Shown here: positions 1 through 9,779 of the stretch, in pieces
Layout of the letters: each line of letters starts with the position of its first letter
Position numbering within the stretch: position 1 is the first letter of the stretch
Assembly (NCBI GenBank): GCA_903911145.1
Contig: CAIWCD010000003.1
Coordinates: 64,642 to 128,641 of the forward strand
Direction of reading: 5' to 3'
Source: an uncultured delta proteobacterium
GTDB taxonomy: Bacteria; Myxococcota; Myxococcia; Myxococcales; 40CM-4-68-19
DNA length: 64,000 nucleotides
Translations under genes and position numbers: made by a program
The notes under the pieces: generated by a model
What the model was told of the DNA's origin: nothing
The model's database searches: none
Seen by the model: only the letters and a program-made list of their open reading frames with translations

Positions 1-2
1 TC

Positions 3-1691
3 GCCGGCGTTCGGCTCGAGATATCTTCCGACGCGACCGTGCACGTAGAGAATATCTCCCTGGCGATTCACGAGAGCCGCGGCCTGCCCGCTCTGCCGCA
101 GCAGCGTCTGCTCAACGAGTTCGCGCAGAAGTGGCTTCTTCGGAGCCGCTTTCAATTCGGGATTAAAATCGCGATGACCTGGCATCCGCTTCGCCTCCGG
201 TTGAACTGCGCCGACCGTCGACAACGCCGCTCGCCGACGTTCGTTCACGAGTTGCTTGCGCAGGTACAGCCTGGCTTTGCGATCGACCCACGCAAACAGT
301 TCGTCGAAGTTGCCCACCGTCTCCGACGTTCCGAGAAAGAGATATCCGTCTCGATTGAGCGCGTAATGAAACAGGGGGATCAGCCGCTCCTTCAGCTCGT
401 CACCGAAATAGATAAGCAGGTTGCGGCAACTGATGAGGTCGAGGCGGGAGAACGGTGGATCCTTGTTCGGGTCCTGCTCCGAGAAGACGAGCATATCGCG
501 AATATTCTGATTCACCCGATATCCAGCTCCATTGGGCAGCAGGGTAAAGAACGCAGCGAGCCGCTCGGGCGACACATCGGCGCTGATGGTCGCTGGATAG
601 TTCCCTGCGCGGGCAATTGCAATGGCGTGATCGTCGATATCGGTGGCGAAGATATGGACGTTCAATGACCGCTTCAGCGCGGCCTCAGACTCGGCGAGCA
701 GGATGGCGATTGAATAAGCCTCTTCTCCCGTCGCGCAGCCGGCCGTCCAGATGCGCACGGCATCGCCCGCCTGTTTTCTCGCCAGCATCGGAGCGATCGC
801 CTGCGACTCGAGAACGAGGAAGGCATCCGGATCGCGAAAGAAGCCGGTCACGCTGATGAGCAGATCGTGAAACAGCGCCGATACCTCGTCCTTGCTCTGC
901 TGCAGGAGCTTGACGTAGCCGTCGAGCGTCTCGAGCCGATGGACGGACATGCGGCGCTCGATCCGGCGCTGCACCGTGCCGATCTTGTAACGAGAGAAAT
1001 CGTGGCCAGTCTGCGCGCGGAGGATGACGAGCAGTTTCTTGAGCGCGCTCTCCGTCGGCGCCGGCAGCACGGGCAGCGTTGCCACGCGCCTCGGACCGCG
1101 GCCCGAACAGGCGTCGACCAGCGCGGAGACCATCTTCGCCGGCGGCAACACGAAGTCGGCAAGCCCCGTGGCGATCACGCTGCGCGGCATCCCATCGTAC
1201 TCGGCGCTCTCGATGCTCTGGACGAGCACCATTCCGCCTTCCTTCTTGATCGCGCACGTTCCCAGGGTTCCATCGCTGCCGGTTCCGGAGAGCACGATCC
1301 CGATCGCCCGGTCGTGCTGGTCTGCCGCGAGCGACTTGAAGAAATAGTCGATCGGAAGGCGATGGCCGTGCGGCTGGGTCGGAGCAAGCAGGTGCAGGCC
1401 GCCGCCGAGAAACGCCATATCGACACCGGGCGGAATGACATAGACGCAGTTGGGTTTCACCACCACGCCATCGACGACTTCGACGACGGGCATTGGAGTA
1501 AAGCGCTGCACCAACCCAGTCAGGATGCTCGGGCGATCAGGCGCGAGGTGCTGCAGCAGCACGAACGCCATGCCCGTCTCAGAGCCGATGGGAAATCCGG
1601 AGAAGAACGACTCGAACGCCGCGAGGCCACCGGCGGACGCGCCGATTCCAACGATGGGAAATCCCACCTGCGCTGGAGTCTCTGGTTCCAT
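3..1691 (-). CDS. CheB methylesterase/CheR methyltransferase fusion protein (runs off the window start)
   Basis: Minus strand from the ATG at 1691 (AGGAGG upstream) reads MEPETPAQVGFPIVGIGASAGGL..QHLAPD..LPIDYFFKSL..VLSGTGSDG (CheB), then a CheR-type region. It is absent from the ORF track, consistent with having no stop inside the window. Confidence 0.88.
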   Translation of the reverse strand, partial: MEPETPAQVGFPIVGIGASAGGLAAFESFFSGFPIGSETGMAFVLLQHLAPDRPSILTGLVQRFTPMPVVEVVDGVVVKPNCVYVIPPGVDMAFLGGGLHLLAPTQPHGHRLPIDYFFKSLAADQHDRAIGIVLSGTGSDGTLGTCAIKKEGGMVLVQSIESAEYDGMPRSVIATGLADFVLPPAKMVSALVDACSGRGPRRVATLPVLPAPTESALKKLLVILRAQTGHDFSRYKIGTVQRRIERRMSVHRLETLDGYVKLLQQSKDEVSALFHDLLISVTGFFRDPDAFLVLESQAIAPMLARKQAGDAVRIWTAGCATGEEAYSIAILLAESEAALKRSLNVHIFATDIDDHAIAIARAGNYPATISADVSPERLAAFFTLLPNGAGYRVNQNIRDMLVFSEQDPNKDPPFSRLDLISCRNLLIYFGDELKERLIPLFHYALNRDGYLFLGTSETVGNFDELFAWVDRKARLYLRKQLVNERRRAALSTVGAVQPEAKRMPGHRDFNPELKAAPKKPLLRELVEQTLLRQSGQAAALVNRQGDILYVHGRVGRYLEPNAG

Positions 1692-1841
1692 CCCAATCGC
1701 CTCCTGTACCGCGCGGCGATGGCTGACGGTCTGCCGGGCTGCACGGCGCGCCAAGCGCGTGCAACCCCGCCATGTCAATCCAATGCGCTCAGAATGGCGA
1801 TCTCAGAACTGCACCACGCTGCGCGGCGCTGCGTGTTCAGA

Positions 1842-2066
1842 TCACCGCGCGCGATGTTCCGCAACCAGCTCTTCGTTCGCCAGCGCCCAATCCTCTTGAT
1901 CCATGCCGTGAACCATTCCGCGCGCGGCGAACTTCTCATACGCACGCTTCGCGATCGATTCGTTGGAGACGATGCTCGTCTGTGTCGGGCGCGCAGCGGC
2001 ATCGAGCATGGCCGCGATCGGTTGCTGCCGTTTCGACGAGGAACGCGTCATTGGAACTTGAGCCAT
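1842..2066 (-). CDS. DUF2934-like small protein
   Basis: IAKRAYEKFAARGMVHGMDQEDWALANEEL matches the DUF2934 pattern; GAGG precedes the ATG at 2066. Confidence 0.8.
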   Translation of the reverse strand: MAQVPMTRSSSKRQQPIAAMLDAAARPTQTSIVSNESIAKRAYEKFAARGMVHGMDQEDWALANEELVAEHRAR

Positions 2067-2122
2067 AAGAGACCTCGAGGGGTTGGAGTGATGCTCTGAA
2101 GTTGTGACCAGCGAGCGAAGAC

Positions 2123-2138
2123 AGCATCCGGCGTGCCG
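2123..2138 (-). promoter_or_regulatory. putative sigma54 -24/-12 promoter
   Basis: CGGCACGCCGGATGCT (GG-N10-GC) about 60 bp upstream of the DUF2934 gene. Confidence 0.5.
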
Positions 2139-2324
2139 ATGAGCGAATGCGTTGAGCGGTGTCGTTTCCGGCGTGAGCACACCGAGCGGGGCCTCGGCTC
2201 CGAAGCGCGAAGACGGTTGACGTTCGCCCAGAGAACGCTCGGCGAACGTTTGCCGACGCAGCGCGAGTTCGTGCGCGGTGAGGAATCAATCCACGTCCTT
2301 CGGCCTCCAGACAACACGGGGCCC

Positions 2325-2340
2325 CGGCACGGCGCATGCG
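2325..2340 (+). promoter_or_regulatory. putative sigma54 promoter
   Basis: CGGCACGGCGCATGCG (GG-N10-GC) upstream of 2400; the same 14-bp core occurs at 30946. Confidence 0.4.
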
Positions 2341-2399
2341 TATCGATCGGCTGTTGCTACCGGAGCTGATCTCAGACTCTGGATCTCAGGAGTCTACCC

Positions 2400-3017
2400 A
2401 TGCGACGTCTTGTGTCTGGAATCATCTCAGCCGTCGTTGTTGCCACGGCCGCTTGTGCGAATACGCAGATTGTCTCCTCCTGGCATGACCCCTCTGTCAG
2501 CAACGTGTCGTTCAAGTCTGTGATTGTGATCGCGATGGCACGCAGCGAGACGCGGCGCCGCGCGATCGAGGACCGACTGGTCTCAGACATCGAGGGAAGA
2601 GGAGCTGCGGCGACGGCCTCCTATCGACTGATCTCAAGGGAAGACACGCAGAGCCCCGACGTCGTAAAGAAGGCGATCCTCAAGGGGATGTTCGATGGCG
2701 CGGTGACCTGGAGGACGATCGGCGTGACGCTGGAGACGCAGTACATTCCTTCCATCGGCGGTCCGGGACCGCGCGGATTCTGGGGTTACTATGACGTGGG
2801 CTGGGCGTCTGAGTATTCACCCGGATATCTGCAGACCGATCGGATCGTCAGGGTGGAGACGATGATCTACCAGGTGACCCCGGGCAGCGATCGGCTCATC
2901 TGGGCGGGCACCAGCGACACCGTGGACCCTGCCTCGCTCGACAGCACGATCGACGGAGTCGCCGACGCAACCATCAACGGGATGCGTGCAGCAGGGCTGT
3001 TCGCACCGCGGCAGTAG
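2400..3017 (+). CDS. lipoprotein, DUF4136-like
   Basis: Lipobox ATAAC, AGGAG RBS, and a C-terminal VETMIY..LIWAGTS pattern typical of DUF4136-like lipoproteins. Confidence 0.7.
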   Translation: MRRLVSGIISAVVVATAACANTQIVSSWHDPSVSNVSFKSVIVIAMARSETRRRAIEDRLVSDIEGRGAAATASYRLISREDTQSPDVVKKAILKGMFDGAVTWRTIGVTLETQYIPSIGGPGPRGFWGYYDVGWASEYSPGYLQTDRIVRVETMIYQVTPGSDRLIWAGTSDTVDPASLDSTIDGVADATINGMRAAGLFAPRQ

Positions 3018-3039
3018 ACAGACAGGTCTGAGATTCCAT

Positions 3040-3930
3040 ATGAGGATCGACCCTGAGAGTTTCCGGATTCCAACAGACTCCCGAGTCAGACTTAAGGACT
3101 GGCCGACCGTTTCCAAACCGGTCTACACGAGCGAGAAGGACTACCAACGACAACTTCTCTCCAGTGTCTCAGAACTCAGCGCTCTCCAGACTCTTCTCTA
3201 TGCGTCTGATAGCCACTCGCTGCTCCTGGTTTTCCAGGCAATGGACTCAGCGGGTAAGGATGGAGCGATCAGCCATCTGCTGACGGGAGTGAATCCGCAG
3301 GGCTGCGAGGTCTTCAGCTTCAGGCATCCGACTCCCGCAGAGCTGGAGCACGATTTTCTCTGGCGCACGACGCGCTGCCTGCCCGCGCGAGGTCGAATCG
3401 GAGTCTTCAACCGCTCCTACTATGAGGAAGTGCTGATCGTCCGGGTGCACCCTGAGATCTTCCGCGGTGAGCGGATTCCAGACAAGACGAAGAGCGGGGA
3501 GTCTGTCTGGACGGGACGATTCAGATCAATCGTCGAGTTGGAAAGACATCTCCACCAGAGCGGGACCCGGGTCATCAAGATCTTCCTCCACCTCTCCAAG
3601 GAGGAGCAGCGCAAGCGCTTCCTCGAGCGCATCGACGATCCAGAGAAGCAGTGGAAGCTGAGCCAGGCCGATCTCGACGAGCGCCGATTCTGGAAGCAGT
3701 ACCGGGTCGCCTACGAAGAGTGCCTCGGCGCGACGAGCACCGAGGATTCGCCCTGGTATGTCGTGCCCGCGGACGACAAGCTCAGTTCGCGCCTGGTGGT
3801 CTCCCGCATCGTCGTCGATACGCTCAAGAGCCTGAACCTCAGCTATCCGAAGGCGACGCGGGAGCGCAGACATGAGCTGCGCCGGATCCGCAAGCAACTC
3901 GTGAAGGCCGCGCCGAGGCGACCAGGGTGA
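3040..3930 (+). CDS. ppk2: polyphosphate kinase 2 family (probably class III) phosphotransferase
   Basis: FQAMDSAGKDG Walker A, HDFLWR, FNRSYYE, IFLHLSKEEQRKRFLER, PWYVVPADDK. Confidence 0.92.
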   Translation: MRIDPESFRIPTDSRVRLKDWPTVSKPVYTSEKDYQRQLLSSVSELSALQTLLYASDSHSLLLVFQAMDSAGKDGAISHLLTGVNPQGCEVFSFRHPTPAELEHDFLWRTTRCLPARGRIGVFNRSYYEEVLIVRVHPEIFRGERIPDKTKSGESVWTGRFRSIVELERHLHQSGTRVIKIFLHLSKEEQRKRFLERIDDPEKQWKLSQADLDERRFWKQYRVAYEECLGATSTEDSPWYVVPADDKLSSRLVVSRIVVDTLKSLNLSYPKATRERRHELRRIRKQLVKAAPRRPG

Positions 3931-4027
3931 GGGGAATCGGCAGCGGGCCCCGCAGCATCCGGCATCGATCCGTGCGACATCGTACTCACTGGTCCGGCGG
4001 GAAACTGCGATGCTACTGATCAGGGTG

Positions 4028-7000
4028 ATGCGATCATCCAGAGCCCTCTTGTCCGCCGTCGCCTTCTTGCTTGTTGCCTGCGAGCAGGTCGCCACGTCCG
4101 CACCGAACAACACGGCGCTGACGCCGCAGACCCACGTCGCGTTCGACATCACGAGCGGCCCGCACGCCGTCGACTGCAACGTCTGCCACGGAGGTCTGCC
4201 GACCTTCCAGCAGTTCACCTGCTTCGGCTGCCATGGGGCGACCCACGACGAGACGACGACGGCGGCGCAGCACAGCGGAATCAGCCAGTACAGCTACACC
4301 AGCACCGCCTGCTACTCGTGCCACAAGAATTCGACTGGCGATGGAGGCAGCCTCCCGGTTGGTCTGATTCGCGATCCGAACAGGGACGTCACGGTGAACG
4401 CGGTGATCCCGACGTTCGCGGGCACGACGATCGCGAGCGTCTCCGCCCAGCCCGAACAGCTGCCGATGCCGTTTGATCACGCCTCGACCCAGCTGCCTGC
4501 CGGCGCGTCGGTGAGCTGCGCCGGCTGCCACGCGAATGCTGTCTCGGGGAGCTTCTATCCGGGCACGCTGCACTCGGCGCTCGCGAACCTCTCGCTCGCT
4601 CAACCGACCGGCTGCAACAGCTGCCACTTGACCTCGCAGCCGACCGGGCTCGTCGGGCCCGCCGCCACCTCGCCCGTCCGGACGCCCGCGTCGGGAGAGA
4701 TGAAGCACGACGCGGTTGCGTGGAACAATGGCGCGCCGACCTCGACCACGCTCGTGACGCAGGACTGCGCGATCTGCCACGCGAGCCCGTCGGCGACGCT
4801 CGATGCAAAGTGGACGATGGGTCTTGGCGATGGCGGACCGGCGCTGTTCCACGCGGCGCTCACGACCGCGTCTGTCGCGCAGCCCGCCTCCTGCCTCGAT
4901 TGCCACGCGAACTCGCGCCCGGCCACCGTGCTCACGTCGAGCAACGCAGCCCTGCCCGCGTCGCTACAGTTCGATCACAGCTCGAGCGCAGCAACCGGTG
5001 ATTGCAAGACCTGTCACACGAGCGGCTCGTGGACCTCGTGGCAAGGCGGCAAGTTCCACCTCGCCGGCAGCACTGCTCCGTCGACCTGTCTGCCGTGCCA
5101 CGCAGGCGAGCGGCCGACCTCGACGAGCAATTGGACGAGCACCACCTGGTCCGCGATCCCGTTTGACTACGTGACCAACGCCCAGTCGATCGGCCACGGC
5201 GACGGCCAGGACTGCGCGCTCTGCCACGCCGGACCGGGCGGCGGCGCCTGGGGAGCGACGCCCGACTGGACGGGCGGACACTTCGCGCACGCAGCCTCGA
5301 GCGTCTCGGGAACCACCTGCGTCTCCTGCCACTCGACACAGCGGCCAGACCTGCTCTCCGGCGCAACCGCCTCCAGCGCGGCCACGCTGGTCGGCTTCGA
5401 TCACGCTTCGAGCGGAACGGGCGACTGCTTTGGCTGCCATCAAGCAACCGTGACGGCGGGGACGTACGCCAACTTCAACAATCCCCAGACGCACACGCTG
5501 CCCGGCGGAGACTGGAAGGGCGGCCAGTCCTATCCGGGCTCGACGCTCACCGGCTCGACCACCGAATCGATCACGATCACCGAGTACGCGCTCACGCACG
5601 CCACCAGCAACGGCCCGATCACGGGGATCACCTCGACCTCCGCGACGCTCTACAACGAGATGCTCCACATCTCGGCGGCGGTCCCGTCGCAGCTCAACGC
5701 CGGGCCGTCGAACGCGCCGGACAACACCAAGTGCTGGCACTGCCACGTCAACAACAACGGCACCGTGACGATCTACGCAGGCGGCAAGTTCCACACGTCG
5801 CTGACCAACTTCAAGGCGACACCGGGAGGCAGCGTCTCTGCGCTGCCGCAGCCGACCACGCACTGCACCGACTGCCACACGCAGATGCGTCCGGCAGGAA
5901 TCGTCGAGGGAACCAACTCCGATCTCATCGCGATGGATCACTCGGCCACGTTCACCGGCTCGGTCACGATCGCGGGCACGTCCGTGAGCGGGGTCCAGGC
6001 GATCGACTGCTCCGTCTGCCATCACAGCCCGGGCAGCACCTGGACGGATGGGCTCTTCCACCCGAACATCTCCGGCGCGACGCCAAGCGACTGCACGAAG
6101 TGCCACTACCCGCTGATGGCCGACGCCGCGAAGGCCGACCTCGCGTCGGGCAGCAACTACACGATGAACCACCGCTCGACGCAGATGACCATCCAGGCCT
6201 GCCAGACCTGCCACACCGGCGCGCTGGCCCAGGCCGCCACGACTCCCGCGGCCTCGACGCTCTGGCACGGAGGAGTCCTGCACGGCAGCGTCTCGACGCA
6301 GCCGAGCGCCTGCGTCGACTGCCACTCGACCTCTGTTCCCGGCGCAACGCAGAGCAGCTTCAGCTACACGCTCTCCACGGGAGGCACCTCGACCAACTCT
6401 GCGCAGTGGATGAGCCACACCAGCGCTGCGGTCGTGGGCAAGGACTGCGCGGTCTGCCACGCCTCCGACGCGAAGAGCCCAGCGGGCACCTGGAGCAAGT
6501 CGATCTCGTTCCACGCAGTCGTGACGAATCCGACGACCTGCCAGGGATGCCACGGATTGACGAACGGACAGGGCAGCACGGCCGGCACGAACAACAATCT
6601 TCCTTCGGGCCTGACCAACTCCACGATGGCGTCGAGTGCGGGCAACGATTCCGCGACCGGAATCTCCTCAGGCACGCTCGATCAGATCATCCACACCGAC
6701 GTCAATGCCACCAGCCACGACTGCAACTTCTGCCACTCGCAGGTCGGCCGCTCGAATACCTCGGGCGTGCAGGGCAAGGAGTGGGCGCAGGCGAAGTTCC
6801 ACCAGAGCTTCGGCACGTCGACGCCGCTGGTCGCAAACGGAACCACGGGCCGCTGCAGCAACTGCCACATGAACGTCAAGCCGACGGCGAGCTTCACCGC
6901 GGCCGCCCACGGCGCATTCACCAATGTCTCGGGCACGCAGGACTGCGTGCAGTGCCACTCCTGGCCCGGCACCGGCAGTGCGTCTGCCCCGAACTGGCTG

Positions 7001-7504
7001 GGCGCGAGCGGAGTGCCGGCGAACATCAACGTCGGCGGATTCCCCGTCTCGCAGCCACCGGCAAGCTCGTCGACGACCGAGGGCGGAATCGCAAACCTTC
7101 CCCACCCGAGCTCGGCGACCTGCGCGAATTGCCACGCCGGAGGATCGGGCGGGAAGAACGCCACCGGCTACGACCACTCCTCATCGCTGGGCAGCAACTG
7201 CAACGCCTGCCACGAGGCCGGCACGAACCTGCTCGGCACCGTCTGGAACCAGGCCAGCAGCCAGAGCTCCGGAGCGGGAGACAGCCGTCCCTACACGCTC
7301 TCGAGCGTCACCGCGACCAAGGGCGGCTCCTCGATGAACGTCAGCACGCCCAACCATTTCTATCCGGTCAACTGCAACCAGTGCCACGTCGCGCCGTCCG
7401 GGAACGGCAACGTCACGACCGGATCGAGCTACAAGAGCGCGTGGACCTTCCCGCACAACAGGTCAGCGATGAGCAACTCGTCGACCTGCAACTTCTGCCA
7501 CTGA
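4028..7504 (+). CDS. large multiheme c-type cytochrome lipoprotein (27 CxxCH), probably surface-exposed
   Basis: Lipobox LLVAC; 27 CxxCH counted; Ser/Thr/Gly-rich diheme repeats (M/F-x-H...CxxCH...W.GG.FH...P..CxxCH). Confidence 0.9.
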   Translation: MRSSRALLSAVAFLLVACEQVATSAPNNTALTPQTHVAFDITSGPHAVDCNVCHGGLPTFQQFTCFGCHGATHDETTTAAQHSGISQYSYTSTACYSCHKNSTGDGGSLPVGLIRDPNRDVTVNAVIPTFAGTTIASVSAQPEQLPMPFDHASTQLPAGASVSCAGCHANAVSGSFYPGTLHSALANLSLAQPTGCNSCHLTSQPTGLVGPAATSPVRTPASGEMKHDAVAWNNGAPTSTTLVTQDCAICHASPSATLDAKWTMGLGDGGPALFHAALTTASVAQPASCLDCHANSRPATVLTSSNAALPASLQFDHSSSAATGDCKTCHTSGSWTSWQGGKFHLAGSTAPSTCLPCHAGERPTSTSNWTSTTWSAIPFDYVTNAQSIGHGDGQDCALCHAGPGGGAWGATPDWTGGHFAHAASSVSGTTCVSCHSTQRPDLLSGATASSAATLVGFDHASSGTGDCFGCHQATVTAGTYANFNNPQTHTLPGGDWKGGQSYPGSTLTGSTTESITITEYALTHATSNGPITGITSTSATLYNEMLHISAAVPSQLNAGPSNAPDNTKCWHCHVNNNGTVTIYAGGKFHTSLTNFKATPGGSVSALPQPTTHCTDCHTQMRPAGIVEGTNSDLIAMDHSATFTGSVTIAGTSVSGVQAIDCSVCHHSPGSTWTDGLFHPNISGATPSDCTKCHYPLMADAAKADLASGSNYTMNHRSTQMTIQACQTCHTGALAQAATTPAASTLWHGGVLHGSVSTQPSACVDCHSTSVPGATQSSFSYTLSTGGTSTNSAQWMSHTSAAVVGKDCAVCHASDAKSPAGTWSKSISFHAVVTNPTTCQGCHGLTNGQGSTAGTNNNLPSGLTNSTMASSAGNDSATGISSGTLDQIIHTDVNATSHDCNFCHSQVGRSNTSGVQGKEWAQAKFHQSFGTSTPLVANGTTGRCSNCHMNVKPTASFTAAAHGAFTNVSGTQDCVQCHSWPGTGSASAPNWLGASGVPANINVGGFPVSQPPASSSTTEGGIANLPHPSSATCANCHAGGSGGKNATGYDHSSSLGSNCNACHEAGTNLLGTVWNQASSQSSGAGDSRPYTLSSVTATKGGSSMNVSTPNHFYPVNCNQCHVAPSGNGNVTTGSSYKSAWTFPHNRSAMSNSSTCNFCH

Positions 7505-7526
7505 GAGAAAGCCCGACTTCGCGCTG

Positions 7527-9779
7527 ATGGAAACGCTCTTTATCGTCGGCTCTCTGTTGATCACCGTTGTCGGTGCGGTCTGGCAGCTCTCTGCGCGGCG
7601 CAAGCGACAGCTGCGCTCGGAGGCCGAGCTGGCCGAGGCGGTCGAGCAGCGGCGCACGCTCCCGCCAACGCTCTACCCGATCGTCGACCCGGACAAGTGC
7701 ATCGGCAGCCTCTCCTGTCTGAAGGCCTGCCCCGAGGGAGACATCCTCGGCATCATCGATGGCAAGGCGAAGCTCATCCACGCCGATCGCTGCATCGGTC
7801 ACGGACAGTGCGCGCTCGAGTGCCCGGTGGGCGCGATCAGATTGGTCGTCGGCACGTCGGAGCGCGGCGTCGATCTGCCCGAGGTGGACGAGTACTTCGA
7901 GTCGAGCCGCGCTGGCGTGCACGTGATCGGTGAGCTCGGTGGAATGGGCCTGATCAAGAACGCCGTCTCGCAGGGCAAGCAGGTCGGCCGCAGGTTGAGC
8001 GAGCTCGTCGAGATCGCAGCGCCCGCGGGACGCCCGGCTCCGTCCATCGAGGAGCTCGTCGACGTCGCGATCATCGGCGCGGGGCCAGCGGGACTTTCGG
8101 CGGCGGCGGAGTTGCGCTCGCTTGGTCGCTCTGTGCGCGTGCTCGATCAGCAGACGACCGGCGGAACCATCGCGCAGTATCCGCGGCAGAAGCTGGTGCT
8201 CACCGAGCCGCTCGAGTTGCCGTTCGTCGAGGGCCGCCTCGGCAAGAAGATCGTCAGCAAGGAGGAGCTGCTCGAGACGTTCCACGAGCTGGTTTCGCGC
8301 GGAGGCATCCGCGTCGAGGAGGGCGTGAAGGTCTCCGGCCTCAGCGGCAGCGACGGCGCGTTTGAGCTGATCACCGAGAAGGGCCCGGTGGCTGCGCGCA
8401 AGGTCGTGCTCGCAACGGGGCGGCGCGGCTCTCCGCGCAAGCTGGGCGTCCCGGGCGAGCAGCTCGCGAAGGTCACCTATTCGCTCGCGGACGCGGAGCA
8501 GTACGACAGCTGCGGCGTGCTGGTGGTGGGCGGCGGCGACTCCGCGGTCGAGGCTGCGGTGCAGCTCGCAGAGAAGAGCTCAGCGAAGGTCACTGTGAGC
8601 TACCGCGGCCCATCATTCACGCGCTGCCGCGCGGTCAACCAGAGGCGCATCGAGCAGCTGCGCAGCGAAGGCAAGCTCGACGTCCGCTTCAACACCAACG
8701 TCGAGAGCATCGACGAGCGCACGGTCGTCCTGCGCAGCGACGCGGGCGAAGAGATGCGGCTCGCGAACGACTTCGTGCTCGTGCTCGCGGGCGGCGAACT
8801 GCCGGTCCAGTTCCTCTCCTCGATGGGCGTCGAGATGCGCCGCTATCACGGCGAGGAGCACAAGGCGTTCAATCCAACGCAGGGCCGCACCGGCCTTGCC
8901 AAGGAGAGGCAGGCTCGCGAGGCGCGTCGACAGGAGATGTTGAACTACGTCCTCGTCGGCGCGTTCGTCGTCGCCTGGCTCTCGTGGGTGGGTCGCGGCT
9001 ACTACACGCTCAGCCAGATCGAGAGGCTGCGCTCGCCGCTGCACGCAACGCTCAAGTCCGCGGGCAGCTGGGGTCACGGCGTCGGCATCGTCGCCACGCT
9101 CGTGATGATGGGGAACTTCCTCTACCCGCTGCGCAAGCGTCACCCCAAGCTCAAGGGCGTCGGCTCGATCGCGCGCTGGCTCGACTTCCACGTCTTCGTC
9201 GGCTTCATGTCACCGCTGGTGATCGCGTTCCATGCGGCCTTCCAGTCGAAGAATCACCTCGCGACCGCGACAGCGACGGCGCTGGTGGTGGTGATGATCA
9301 CCGGCGTGATCGGCCGCTTCCTCTACGGACTCGTTCCGTCCGAGCGAGGAAGCATGCTCGAGCGGGCCGAGGTGGTGTCGCGCTTGAAGATGGAAAAGGC
9401 CCGGCTGCTGGCGCTGCTGCACGAGCGACACGATCCCGCGCGCCTCGAGGAACTCGTCGAGTGGGCGACGGGTGAGCTCTCGGCGGGATCGCTCTTCGAG
9501 TTCCTCGTTCACGCGCCCGCGCAGGCCATCCAGTTGCGTCTGCGCATTCTCGGTGTGCGCTCGATGTTCGACGATCGCCGCCAGTACAACGACTTCCGCG
9601 ACGAGCTGCTCAAGGCCTCTCTTCTGCGCACACAGGCGCGCTTCTTCGGCGGCCTCAAGAAGCTGATGGGAAGCTGGCGCATCGCCCACGCCTCGCTCGC
9701 GGTGTTCCTCGTGGTCGCGATCGTGCTGCACATCGGCGTGTCGCTCTACTTCGGCTACGGACTGGGGTCGGCCGGGTGA
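7527..9779 (+). CDS. membrane-anchored ferredoxin + FAD/NAD(P)-dependent TrxR-like oxidoreductase + C-terminal heme-b-type membrane domain
   Basis: N-terminal TM helix; CIGSLSCLKACP and CIGHGQCALECP; GAGPAG, ATG and GGGDSA motifs; C-terminal TM helices with His (WLDFH, AFH, WRIAH, VLH). Confidence 0.85.
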   Translation: METLFIVGSLLITVVGAVWQLSARRKRQLRSEAELAEAVEQRRTLPPTLYPIVDPDKCIGSLSCLKACPEGDILGIIDGKAKLIHADRCIGHGQCALECPVGAIRLVVGTSERGVDLPEVDEYFESSRAGVHVIGELGGMGLIKNAVSQGKQVGRRLSELVEIAAPAGRPAPSIEELVDVAIIGAGPAGLSAAAELRSLGRSVRVLDQQTTGGTIAQYPRQKLVLTEPLELPFVEGRLGKKIVSKEELLETFHELVSRGGIRVEEGVKVSGLSGSDGAFELITEKGPVAARKVVLATGRRGSPRKLGVPGEQLAKVTYSLADAEQYDSCGVLVVGGGDSAVEAAVQLAEKSSAKVTVSYRGPSFTRCRAVNQRRIEQLRSEGKLDVRFNTNVESIDERTVVLRSDAGEEMRLANDFVLVLAGGELPVQFLSSMGVEMRRYHGEEHKAFNPTQGRTGLAKERQAREARRQEMLNYVLVGAFVVAWLSWVGRGYYTLSQIERLRSPLHATLKSAGSWGHGVGIVATLVMMGNFLYPLRKRHPKLKGVGSIARWLDFHVFVGFMSPLVIAFHAAFQSKNHLATATATALVVVMITGVIGRFLYGLVPSERGSMLERAEVVSRLKMEKARLLALLHERHDPARLEELVEWATGELSAGSLFEFLVHAPAQAIQLRLRILGVRSMFDDRRQYNDFRDELLKASLLRTQARFFGGLKKLMGSWRIAHASLAVFLVVAIVLHIGVSLYFGYGLGSAG

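Noticed and set aside
39..2099. Long plus-strand ORFs 39..668 and 867..2099
   Set aside because: Antisense shadows of the minus-strand CheB/CheR fusion and the DUF2934 gene.
4964..7527. ORFs 4964..6553(-) and 5731..7527(+)
   Set aside because: Arg-rich off-frame or antisense shadows of the GC-rich cytochrome gene; no motifs.
7499..7530. TGA directly after CNFCH as a selenocysteine or readthrough codon
   Set aside because: No recognisable SECIS hairpin, and the next gene has its own start in another frame.
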